From Dehalococcoidia bacterium (lineage in GTDB: Bacteria; Chloroflexota; Dehalococcoidia; Bin125): 64,000 nucleotides of DNA. The position numbers and the translations under genes were made by a program. Positions within the stretch are counted from its first letter, which is position 1. Each line of letters starts with the position of its first letter. The DNA lies in NCBI GenBank assembly GCA_963662615.2, contig CAXXSR010000001.1, forward strand, positions 736,001-800,000, read 5' to 3'. Below the pieces are notes generated by a model. The model did no database searches. It was not told the origin of the DNA and saw only the letters and a list, made by a program, of their open reading frames with translations. This document shows, in pieces, positions 1-8,559 of the stretch.

Positions 1-402
1 GGGCTCGCCGTTGGGGTCAACTTCCACCTCGCCGACACCAAGGCACAGGCCATCAAGGAAGCGACCCCGTTCTACGAGGAACACATCAAGATGTTCGCCC
101 CGCTCGGCTTTTTTCGCGGCCTCAGCGACGAGCAACTCGACGTGGTCGCACAGCGCGGCGGCTGGGCCGCGGCGGGCATCCCGACCCTCCACGAGGCCTG
201 TGAGAACCGCAGTTGGTATTGCGGTCCGCCCCAGGGATTCATCGACTACCTGCATGCGCTGGGTGACGCCGCGCCGGGCCTCGAGATGGTCAACGTCCAG
301 GCGAGCATGGCCACGCCGCAGCAGGTGATCATCGAGCAGCTGCAGTGGTTCGCGAGCGCGGTGATGCCGGAGTTTCAGCCCGCCGGCGCGGCCATCCGCT
401 GA
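1..402 (+). CDS. LLM-class flavin-dependent oxidoreductase, C-terminal part (5' end outside window)
   Basis: Open frame from base 1: GLAVGVNFHLADTKAQAIKEA...WYCGPP...IEQLQWFASAVMPEF, a typical luciferase-like C-terminus. Confidence 0.8.
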   Translation, partial: GLAVGVNFHLADTKAQAIKEATPFYEEHIKMFAPLGFFRGLSDEQLDVVAQRGGWAAAGIPTLHEACENRSWYCGPPQGFIDYLHALGDAAPGLEMVNVQASMATPQQVIIEQLQWFASAVMPEFQPAGAAIR

Positions 403-458
403 CCGCCGGATTCGGGAACCACCTGCGATGCGCGCATGGGCGACGGGCGGCAGCGTGC

Positions 459-480
459 AATGGCTCCCCGGGCACGACGC
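459..480 (-). repeat. Duplicated 3' end of tRNA-Asn (att-like direct repeat)
   Basis: aatggctccccgggca at 459-474 is identical to 2505-2520; 20/22 match out to 480. Confidence 0.7.
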
Positions 481-558
481 CGCGCGCCTCTAGCACACCT
501 ACGCCGTGCCGGCCCTGGTCGCCTGATGGTGATCTGTCAGGATGGCAGCCGAGGAGAA

Positions 559-945
559 TCAGCCGTCCAGCAGTGTCTCAACGCGGCTGAACAGCCACTT
601 GCCGTCGTGTCTGCGCAGGGCGCAGCGGTAGGTGCCTTTGCCCTCAACCTTCAGTTCGCGGCCGCGCAGGAGGACCATGAAATAGCAGCTGAGCTGGGCG
701 GAATCGCCGTCGCCCTCAAGCACGTGATTGCTGGTCCAGATGCGCATCCCGCGCATATGGTCGGGCAGACTCTCTGGCTGCTGCGTCAACGCATCACGGC
801 CGCGGCGGTGCCCGCGCCGCCCTTCGAACACACCGTCGTCTGTAAAGGTGTCCGCAAAGGCCGGCCCGTCGCGGGCGTCGTAGGTCTGGCAGAAGCGCGC
901 CATCAACTCTACGATTTCGACCTTGTCGGCTGCCGTCAGCGGCAT
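559..945 (-). CDS. SnoaL-like / NTF2-family protein
   Basis: MPLTAADKVEIVELMARFCQTYD...FADTFTDDGVF...GTYRCALRRHDGKWLFSR; GGAGAGG RBS before ATG 945 (3' part of ORF 559..1641). Confidence 0.85.
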   Translation of the reverse strand: MPLTAADKVEIVELMARFCQTYDARDGPAFADTFTDDGVFEGRRGHRRGRDALTQQPESLPDHMRGMRIWTSNHVLEGDGDSAQLSCYFMVLLRGRELKVEGKGTYRCALRRHDGKWLFSRVETLLDG

Positions 946-1134
946 CGCATCCTCTCCGCTTCTGGTCCCGGTCGTCCCAGTAGGAGAGGATAGGCGATTG
1001 GCCTGCCCCAGGCATCCACAGGGGGTGGTCGAAAAGTTGCCCGCACGATGACCGGCGCCCCGCCGGCGACTGCTGTTGTAGACTCCCACCTGACACGCCG
1101 GCCCAGCAACTGCTCGCCTAACAGGGGGACCGTC

Positions 1135-2220
1135 ATGAAGCTCGGACTGTTCACGATGCCCAGCCACCCGCCGGAGCGCCCGCTCGGCGAGGGGCACGAG
1201 TTCGACATCCAGACGCTCGTCTGGGCCGATCAGTACGGATTCGCAGAGGCTTGGATCGGCGAGCACCACTCCGCCGTCTGGGAGCCCCACCCCGCACCAG
1301 ATCTGCTGGTGATCGAGGGCTTTCGCGCGACCAAGAACATCCGCATCGGCCCGGGTGGGTTCCTCCTCCCCTACCACCATCCGGCGGAGCTGGCGAACCG
1401 CGTCGCGATGATGGATCACATCTCCGGCGGCCGGCTCAACTTCGGCATCGCCGCCTCGGGCCTCCCCACGGATTGGGAAATGTTCCAGGTGGATGGCGAG
1501 GCCGGCGAGAATCGCGAGATGACCCGCGAATCGATCGACTGCATTCTCGACATGTGGACGCAGGAACCCGGCTGGGTCCACGAGGGCAAGTACTGGCACG
1601 CCGCCGTGCCGCAGCCCATGGAGCCGGGGCTCCGCCACCACCTCAAGCCGTTACAGAAACCCCATCCGCCTATCGGCGTGGCGGGCTTCTCGTCGCCGTC
1701 GCCCACGTTGGAGATGGCCGGGGAGCGTGGCTGGATCCCCATGAGCCTCAATCTCAATACCGGCTACGTGAAGGGCCATTGGGACTCGTACGAGGCCGGC
1801 GCCAGGCGCGCGGGCCGGACCGTCAGCCGCCGCGATTGGCGCATGGTTCGGGAGGTCTTCGTCGCCGACACGGACGAGCAGGCGATGGCGGGCAGCGTGG
1901 GCGACATGATGGGGCGCATGATGAGCGAGTACTTCCTGCCCCTGCTCGACCACTTCTCGTTCAAAGAGCACCTCAAAGCCGACCCCAGCGTGTCGGACGA
2001 CGACGTCACCGTGGCCTACTGCGCCGAACACAACTGGCTGGTGGGATCTCCGCAGACCGTGGCGAAAAAGATCGAGCGCGTCTACGAAGAGGTCGGCGGG
2101 TTCGGGACCCTGCTGCTGTTCTGCTTTGACTATGCCGACAACCCTGAGCCCTGGCGTCGCTCCATGGAACTGCTCGCGACCGACGTGATGCCGCGTGTGG
2201 CCCATCTGACGGGCGAATAG
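1135..2220 (+). CDS. LLM-class flavin-dependent monooxygenase (luciferase-like)
   Basis: MKLGLFTMPSHP, EAWIGEHH, LLPYHHPAELANRVAMMDHISGGR, PLQKPHPPI motifs. Confidence 0.92.
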   Translation: MKLGLFTMPSHPPERPLGEGHEFDIQTLVWADQYGFAEAWIGEHHSAVWEPHPAPDLLVIEGFRATKNIRIGPGGFLLPYHHPAELANRVAMMDHISGGRLNFGIAASGLPTDWEMFQVDGEAGENREMTRESIDCILDMWTQEPGWVHEGKYWHAAVPQPMEPGLRHHLKPLQKPHPPIGVAGFSSPSPTLEMAGERGWIPMSLNLNTGYVKGHWDSYEAGARRAGRTVSRRDWRMVREVFVADTDEQAMAGSVGDMMGRMMSEYFLPLLDHFSFKEHLKADPSVSDDDVTVAYCAEHNWLVGSPQTVAKKIERVYEEVGGFGTLLLFCFDYADNPEPWRRSMELLATDVMPRVAHLTGE

Positions 2221-2506
2221 CTTCAAGGGGGCCTGGACGCCCCACAGCCGCACCGCCGCTGACGAACGGCGACGGAATGAATGCGGACGAACGCTTGTCG
2301 ATGCCGCTCGGGGAGGCGATCTTTTCCTGGGCGCCATTCGGCGCCTCCGGCCCGATCCGATCCCGGAGGCCGATCTGCGCGACATCTTGCCGGCCGCCGA
2401 GTTTCGCGCTCGCGGCCTCGGCAGCGCCGCCGACCTCGCGCTAAATCCTTCCGCAGGAAGGACCCGCTCAACCGGAACACGGCGCGCGCCTGCGATACGT
2501 GCGAAA

Positions 2507-2582
2507 TGGCTCCCCGGGCAGGACTCGAACCTGCGACCTAGCGGTTAACAGCCGCCCGCTCTACCAATTGAGCTACCGGGGA
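2507..2582 (-). tRNA. tRNA-Asn (GTT)
   Basis: TCCCCGGTAGCTCAATTGGTAGAGCGGGCGGCTGTTAACCGCTAGGTCGCAGGTTCGAGTCCTGCCCGGGGAGCCA; cloverleaf with encoded CCA. Confidence 0.97.
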
Positions 2583-2610
2583 TCGCCGCAATGCCATGGC
2601 CGCAACGCCG

Positions 2611-2684
2611 TGGCTGCCGAGCCAGGACTCGAACCTGAACTGAGGGATCCAAAGTCCCCCGTGCTACCATTACACCACTCGGCA
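2611..2684 (-). tRNA. tRNA-Gln (TTG)
   Basis: TGCCGAGTGGTGTAATGGTAGCACGGGGGACTTTGGATCCCTCAGTTCAGGTTCGAGTCCTGGCTCGGCAGCCA. Confidence 0.96.
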
Positions 2685-2718
2685 CCGCGCGCCTCAATCG
2701 GGCCTTCACTGATCCCAC

Positions 2719-2807
2719 TGGTGCCGAAGGCCGGACTCGAACCGGCACGGGAGTTGCCCCCCAACAGTGTTTGAGACTGTCGCGTCTACCAATTCCGCCA
2801 CTTCGGC
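2719..2807 (-). tRNA. tRNA-Leu (CAA)
   Basis: GCCGAAGTGGCGGAATTGGTAGACGCG-ACAGT-CTCAAAC-ACTGT, long variable arm, GGTTCGAGTCC, CCA end. Confidence 0.96.
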
Positions 2808-2957
2808 ACGGCCTCGGCCTCCCGATAGTATCTCGGGAATCGACGGGCCGCTACAGCGGCGCGGCGCGACGGCGATCGCCATCTCCTCCACCGGCTTGGA
2901 CCTCGCGGCCGCCTGCCCGGGGTCCCCAAGACGCAGTCGTGCGATGCGGGCCGCGGA

Positions 2958-3413
2958 CTAGGCGCCCTCTGCCTCCAGGATGCGCTTCGCGTTCGCGAAC
3001 GTGTCCACCATCACGCCTTGCACGCGGCGCCGCATCAGCAGAGGCCACAGGATCTTGCTCATCGGTACCATCAGGCCGCGCGCCTGGAAATCCATCTGCT
3101 GTCGCACCTGCGTCCCTCCGCCGGACGGCGTCATTTCGAAGCTGACCGTGATCTGCATCTGTTTGTCCCCACCAACATGGACCTGCCGGCGGGGCGCGTC
3201 GAACTCCGTGACCTGCCATGCCGTCTCCGACTTGAACGGCGGAATGCCCCCGTACTCCCGGTATGACGAGCCCACTCCCAGTGCGCCCTCCGGCGTCTCC
3301 ACCATCCGCTCGGTGAAGACCACCCATTCCGGGTAGCGCTTGACATCGCTCAGGAGCGCCCACACCTGCTCGGGCGACGCCTTGATCTCCCTCGCCATCT
3401 CCAGTCGCGGCAC
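2958..3413 (-). CDS. SRPBCC / polyketide cyclase-family protein
   Basis: IKASPEQVWALLSDVKRYPEW N-terminus, VTEFDAPRR, C-terminal helix. Confidence 0.88.
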   Translation of the reverse strand: MPRLEMAREIKASPEQVWALLSDVKRYPEWVVFTERMVETPEGALGVGSSYREYGGIPPFKSETAWQVTEFDAPRRQVHVGGDKQMQITVSFEMTPSGGGTQVRQQMDFQARGLMVPMSKILWPLLMRRRVQGVMVDTFANAKRILEAEGA

Positions 3414-3572
3414 GGTTTCACCTGCTCTCTAGCGACGGCTGATCGCCACTGCTCGGCAGTATACGGGCCCCATTTCACCCCGGACGGGACGTCGCAGCGT
3501 TGCCGGCGGCGATAGCGCGCCGGGTTGAGAACCGTCCCCCTCCTGCCGATGATCAGATCGGCGGAGTGGATC

Positions 3573-4577
3573 ATGCGGCGGCTCGCAATCACGGACGTCT
3601 CGCCCGGCGCCGTTCTTGGCGCCAGCGTCTTCAATGAGGTGGGCCGCCCCCTCGTCAAGGCCGGCGTCCCTCTCACGGACCGACTGCTGAACCTCGTCGC
3701 CGCCCGCGGCTACTGTCGTCTCGTGCTCCTCGCCGACGGCGAGACCCTCCAGCCCGAGTTCGTCCCCCCGGAAGCCCGCGCCGAAGTCCTGGAAGCGCTC
3801 ATCCCCTCCGTTGACTTCCTGCTCGCGATCTGGCGCAACCAGACCCTCCTGCGGCCCCACGATGCCCACCACCTGGACCGCCGCCTGCGCTCCGCCGTGG
3901 GCACGTTCGCTCGCGAGGAGCGCTTCGGGGGCGCCCTCAGTGTGCCCGGGCCCGTGCGCCGCGGGCCCGCCCAGTGGCTCGACGACGCCGTCAACGCCGC
4001 CGCGGTCGCCGTCTGCCTCGGCCGCGCCTTCGCCCTCGACGAAGCCACCCTCCATCGCCTGGCCCACGGCATGCTCCTGCGGGACGTCGCCATGTTGACG
4101 CTCGCGCCCGAGGTGCACGACTGCCCCGGCGAGCTGCCACCCGCTGCCCGCGCCGCCGTCCGCGAGCACCCCATGCGCGCCTACCAGCTGCTCGCCGCCC
4201 TGGAGTGGATGGATGAGTCGGCCCGACTCGTCGTCCTGCAGCACCACGAGCGCCACGACGGCTCCGGCTACCCCGCCGGCCTCAGCGTCCTCCATCGTGT
4301 GCAGCGCACGCGCTCGGAGCTGCTCAACGACAACCTCACCCTCCTCGTCAGCGACATCGCCGCCGTCGCGGACGTCTTCAACGCCCTCACCGTTGATCGC
4401 GCCCACCGCCCCTGCCGCCCGCCGACAGAGGTCGCCGGCATCCTCCGCGCCATGATGGGCGCCACCCTGAATGAAGAAGTCGTCCGCCTCCTCCTTGAGA
4501 GCTGGCGCCCTCCCCAGGAGGCAGCGGCGGCCACCGGCTCCGACATCACTGCCTCCGACGTCGGCGCCTCCGGCTAG
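3573..4577 (+). CDS. HD-GYP domain protein (HD motif degenerate)
   Basis: QHHERHDGSGYPAGL and AVADVFNALT present; LLRDVAM where LLHDIGK is expected; start chosen at MRRLAIT. Confidence 0.85.
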   Translation: MRRLAITDVSPGAVLGASVFNEVGRPLVKAGVPLTDRLLNLVAARGYCRLVLLADGETLQPEFVPPEARAEVLEALIPSVDFLLAIWRNQTLLRPHDAHHLDRRLRSAVGTFAREERFGGALSVPGPVRRGPAQWLDDAVNAAAVAVCLGRAFALDEATLHRLAHGMLLRDVAMLTLAPEVHDCPGELPPAARAAVREHPMRAYQLLAALEWMDESARLVVLQHHERHDGSGYPAGLSVLHRVQRTRSELLNDNLTLLVSDIAAVADVFNALTVDRAHRPCRPPTEVAGILRAMMGATLNEEVVRLLLESWRPPQEAAAATGSDITASDVGASG

Positions 4578-5548
4578 CCCGTCTCAATCCCCAGCGCCAC
4601 TGTGGTCGCCACTCCGGCCACATAGCCCACCACGATCGCCGCGCCCGTCAGGCGCAGCACCACCCGTGTTCGCGGCCGCCACAGCGCGGCGAATGCGAAC
4701 AGCATCATGCCAATCCCGAAGATCGCCGGCGCCGCCTGCTCATTGCTGGCCGCGCGCAAGATGCTGCCGTCGTTGAATGCCACATCGGCGGAGAAGAGCA
4801 CCGCCATATTGAAAATGTTGCTGCCGAAGACGTTGCCCACCACCAGCTCCGCCGCCCCCCGCCGCATCGCCGCCGCCGACGTGACCACCTCCGGCAGCGA
4901 CGTCGCGAACGCCAGCGCCACCACGCCGATCACGCCCCCGCTCACGCCCAGCGTCTCCGCCATCCCCTTGGCCGCGTCCGGGATGAAGAGGGAGGCCACG
5001 AAGACCACGCCGCTCGCCGCCGCCAGCCACCGTACCGCCCCGCCCAGCGAATACATGGGCGCCACCAGCGGCTCCGCCACCGGCCTGGGGCCGCGGCCGC
5101 GTTCCACCCGGTACAGCAGGACAGACGAGAGTGCGTACATCGCAATGAGGATCGTCGTCCCCAGCCCCACCCTGCCCAGGTCCGGGTCGTCGATCAGCAG
5201 AAACAGCCCGGTCCAGACGCCCAGCGCCACCGCAATGATGCCGGCGCCCGCCGCCGCTCGGTCCCCGGAGACGGCGCCCGGCCGCCAGATCAGCAAGGCG
5301 GCGAAGATCGTCATGTTGAACATGTTCGAGCCCAACACGGTGCCCACCGCCAAGTCGGGCTCGTCGATCGCCCCCGCCGACGTCGTCACCACCAGCTCCG
5401 GCAGCGACGTCGCCCCCGCCAGCACGATCGTCCCCAGCCAGACCCGTCCCAGCCCCGTGTGACCGGCCACGGCCTCCACGGCGTCCACTAGGCGCGGCCC
5501 GGCCAGGGCGATCGCCCCGGCGCAGGCGAAGAAGATGATGAAATCCAC
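4574..5548 (-). CDS. Sodium/calcium exchanger (CaCA, YrbG-like)
   Basis: Two alpha repeats: ATSLPE...GSNMFN and ATSLPE...GNVFGSNIFN; multiple TM helices. Confidence 0.92.
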   Translation of the reverse strand: MDFIIFFACAGAIALAGPRLVDAVEAVAGHTGLGRVWLGTIVLAGATSLPELVVTTSAGAIDEPDLAVGTVLGSNMFNMTIFAALLIWRPGAVSGDRAAAGAGIIAVALGVWTGLFLLIDDPDLGRVGLGTTILIAMYALSSVLLYRVERGRGPRPVAEPLVAPMYSLGGAVRWLAAASGVVFVASLFIPDAAKGMAETLGVSGGVIGVVALAFATSLPEVVTSAAAMRRGAAELVVGNVFGSNIFNMAVLFSADVAFNDGSILRAASNEQAAPAIFGIGMMLFAFAALWRPRTRVVLRLTGAAIVVGYVAGVATTVALGIETG

Positions 5549-5715
5549 GTCAGCGTCTCATGGCACCCGGCGCGCGCGCCTGCTGCGCGCTGGCGGCCGC
5601 CACGCCTGGACCGTGCCGGCGCCGGGCGCCGCCCCGGGGGACGGAATACAAGGACATGTCCCTGACTGTCTCCTGTGAATGGCCTGTCTACTGTGGATGA
5701 CGGGGCGGGCTACCC

Positions 5716-6987
5716 CTAAGGGGGGCGCTCACTCCCACCCTCCCCACCCCCGACTCGCTCGACCGCGACGACACCAATGCGGCGCTCGTCGGCGCTCATT
5801 ACCGTGAAGCGGTAGCCGCTCTGCTCCACGGACTCGCCCCGCGCCGGCATCCGCCGCAGCGTCGCCAGCAGCAGTCCGGCCACCGTCTCCGCCTCAGGCG
5901 AGTGGAGGTCCACCTGGAGCTGCTGCTCCAGGTCGCTCAACGGCCGTCGCCCTTCCACATAGAGGCGGCCACCTATCCGCACGTCCAGCTCGTCCTGCGG
6001 CGGCCCGCTCTCGCTGCGGATCTGCCCCACCACCTCCTCTAGGACGTCCTCCAGCGTCACCAGCCCCGCCGTGGCGCCGAACTCGTCAATCAGAATCACC
6101 AGGTGGACGCCGCTCTGCTGCATCGTCGCCAGCACCCGCGCCACCGTGGCCCGCTCCGAATCGAACGCCGCCTCCCGCATGATCTCTTGGGCGCGGGCAT
6201 CCGTGCGTCCCTGTTCATACGCCGCCGCGACGTCGCTGATGTGGACATGCCCCACAATGTTGTCGGTAGAGCCGGCGTAGACGGGCAGACGCAAGAACCC
6301 TGCCTCCCTCATCCGCTCCGCCACAACGGGCAGCGGCTCGTCCACCGCCGCCACCACCATGTTCACCCGCGGCGTCATGATCCCGCGCACCTGCTGTTGC
6401 TGCAGCCGCAGCGCCCCCAGCAGCATGCTCGACTCGTCGACTTGGATGACGCCCGACTCGGCCCCCATGCGGATCGCTGTGCGCAGCTCCCCCAAGCTCA
6501 GCGACGGTCGCGCCTCCCCCCGCTCGCCGATCACCGACAGCAGCCCCCCGCTGAGAGCGTCCAGCCCCGCTACGACCGGCGCCATCAGCCGCGACCACGC
6601 CTCTAACGGCAGGGCGTAGAGGCGCGCCAGCGTCAGGTTGTGGTGCAGCGCCACGCTCTTCGGCGCCACCTCTGCGAACACGACCAGCAGCACCGTCACG
6701 GCGAACGTGGCGACCAGAATGTCCGCGCCCCCGCCCACGATCTCCGCTGCCATCACGGTCCCCACGGCCGCCGCCGCTGTGTTCGTGAGGTTGTTCCCCA
6801 GCAGGATGGCCGACAGTAGCCGTCGCGGCGTCGCCAGCAGCTGCGCCGCCCGCGCCGCCCCCGCCGCGCCCTCACGCGCGGCGTGCTCCAGACGCACCCG
6901 TTCCAGCGACAGAAACGCCGTTTCCGAACTTGAGAAGAAGGCGGAGAGAAGCAGTAGCACGATCAGCAAGGGCACGTAGACCGTCAC
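5716..6987 (-). CDS. HlyC/CorC (CNNM-CBS-CorC) family transporter
   Basis: SAFFSSSETAF, ILLGNN, EVAPKS, IMTPR, DEFGATAGLVTLEDVLEEVVG; GTG start at 6987 inferred. Confidence 0.92.
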   Translation of the reverse strand: MTVYVPLLIVLLLLSAFFSSSETAFLSLERVRLEHAAREGAAGAARAAQLLATPRRLLSAILLGNNLTNTAAAAVGTVMAAEIVGGGADILVATFAVTVLLVVFAEVAPKSVALHHNLTLARLYALPLEAWSRLMAPVVAGLDALSGGLLSVIGERGEARPSLSLGELRTAIRMGAESGVIQVDESSMLLGALRLQQQQVRGIMTPRVNMVVAAVDEPLPVVAERMREAGFLRLPVYAGSTDNIVGHVHISDVAAAYEQGRTDARAQEIMREAAFDSERATVARVLATMQQSGVHLVILIDEFGATAGLVTLEDVLEEVVGQIRSESGPPQDELDVRIGGRLYVEGRRPLSDLEQQLQVDLHSPEAETVAGLLLATLRRMPARGESVEQSGYRFTVMSADERRIGVVAVERVGGGEGGSERPP

Positions 6988-7104
6988 CCGAAACCTCCCG
7001 GCGCGCTCTCTGCGCGCCTGCTGCGGGAACGGTAGCATCCGCTGCCGTGCCGTCCACATCGCGCCGCCGCCGCGGTTGCCTGCCGGTCATGGCCTCGGCC
7101 CTCG

Positions 7105-7176
7105 CTCCCCCTCTCCAGCGCTCGCCGATGGAGAGGGGGTTGGAGCCTGTCCTGAGCTAGTCGAAGGAGGGTGAGG
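7105..7176. repeat. REP-like palindrome with nested short insertion
   Basis: CCCCCTCTCCA...TGGAGAGGGGG stem, GGGTGAGG tail, interrupted by GCCTGTCCTGAGCTAGTCGAAGGA; related copy at 60359-60427. Confidence 0.65.
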
Positions 7177-7240
7177 CTTGCCCGTTCCTCTTCAACCCGT
7201 CCCGAGCTGGTCAAGCGGTCGACACGCCAAATGCCCGACG

Positions 7241-8503
7241 CTAGCCCCAGCGCGGCCGGAAATCGCGCGGGATCCCCAACTGGGACTTGGCGATCCATTC
7301 CAGCACCAGCATGTCCGACGGCGGATGCGCCTTGCCGCCCCGCACGTCGCGATAGTGGCGCTCCAGCCCGAAGCGGCGGAATAGCCCCGGCCCCCCGGCG
7401 ATGTCCATCGCCAAGTTCACCACCCGCACGTGATTGTTGGTCGTGATGTATTTGCAGATGCCGCCCTTCACGCCCGCCTCCTCTCGCTCCCACCGCTTCG
7501 CCATCCAGTCCTCCGCGGAACTCCGGATCAGCGCCCGCGACGCGGCATTGAGGGCGACCATCTCGGCCAGTTGGTATTGCAGGCCGGCCATGTGGCTCAG
7601 CGGCCGTTCCTCCAACGGCGGCCGGCGCTCCTGTAGGTAACGCGTCGCCCAGTCCGTCGCCGCCTGCGCCACGCCCAAGTACACCGCCGACACGGTGATG
7701 TTGAACCAGGCCCCGAACGCCGACCGCGACGCGAACAGCGCCTCCGCGCGCTGCGGCGGTGGCATCAGCACAGCCGGCACGAAGACCTCCTTGAACTCCA
7801 CCTCCCAGCTCCCGCTGGCGCGCAGCCCCAGCACGTCCCAGCTGCTCGCGCCTGGGCTCGACACCCCGGGCGTGCGCTTCGGCACGATCACCATGGCCAC
7901 CAGGTCATCGCCGTCGGGGTGATCTTCCAGATGGACCACCGCCCCCACCATGTCCGCCACCGGCCAGTTGGAGCAGTAGGCCTTGCGGCCGCTGATGGAC
8001 CAGCCCCCCTCCGCCCGCCGCGCCTTCGTCTCCGGCAGAAAGTACGAGCCCGGTGTCCCCGTCTCGCTGAACGACGCGCACAGAATCGACTTCTGGGCTC
8101 CCACCGTCCCCAGCACGTACTCCAGGCGGACTTTGCGATCCGCTGGCGCCGTCTCCAGGTCGTCCAGCATGGAGCCAAGCGTGAAGCAGTGCATATTCAC
8201 GCCAATGGCCGTGCCCGCGCACCCCTGCGCCAGCTGCTCCTGACAGGCGCACAGTTCGAGCAGAGTGACGTCCTCTCCCCCGTGCCGGGCCGGGAGCGTC
8301 ATCTGCGCGTAGCCGCTCTCCTGCATCGCCTCGAAGTTCTCACTGGGGAAGCTGTTGTCGCGGTCGTGCTCGTCGGCCCGCGTCGCGAAGTCGGCCGCGT
8401 GCGTGCGCGCCCGCTCCAATAGACGTGCCTCCCGCTCGCTCAAGGGTCGGCCCAGCAGGGTCGGGTAGGCCGGGAAGATGCCGGCGCTCTCGTCGCTGGG
8501 CAT
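7241..8503 (-). CDS. Acyl-CoA dehydrogenase-family protein
   Basis: WSISGRKAYCS, WDVLGLRASGS, YLGVA, LERHYRDVR motifs. Confidence 0.9.
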   Translation of the reverse strand: MPSDESAGIFPAYPTLLGRPLSEREARLLERARTHAADFATRADEHDRDNSFPSENFEAMQESGYAQMTLPARHGGEDVTLLELCACQEQLAQGCAGTAIGVNMHCFTLGSMLDDLETAPADRKVRLEYVLGTVGAQKSILCASFSETGTPGSYFLPETKARRAEGGWSISGRKAYCSNWPVADMVGAVVHLEDHPDGDDLVAMVIVPKRTPGVSSPGASSWDVLGLRASGSWEVEFKEVFVPAVLMPPPQRAEALFASRSAFGAWFNITVSAVYLGVAQAATDWATRYLQERRPPLEERPLSHMAGLQYQLAEMVALNAASRALIRSSAEDWMAKRWEREEAGVKGGICKYITTNNHVRVVNLAMDIAGGPGLFRRFGLERHYRDVRGGKAHPPSDMLVLEWIAKSQLGIPRDFRPRWG

Positions 8504-8559
8504 GCCCGGCCTCCTCCCTTCCGTCGCACGGTCTGGCGGCATCCTACAATCAAGCCATC

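Noticed and set aside
5630-5720. yybP-ykoY (Mn2+) riboswitch upstream of the Na/Ca exchanger (GGGGTAGC...CGTCA...GAGAC on the minus strand)
   Set aside because: Lacks the GGGGAGUAG core and I could not build the four-way junction; needs an Rfam scan.
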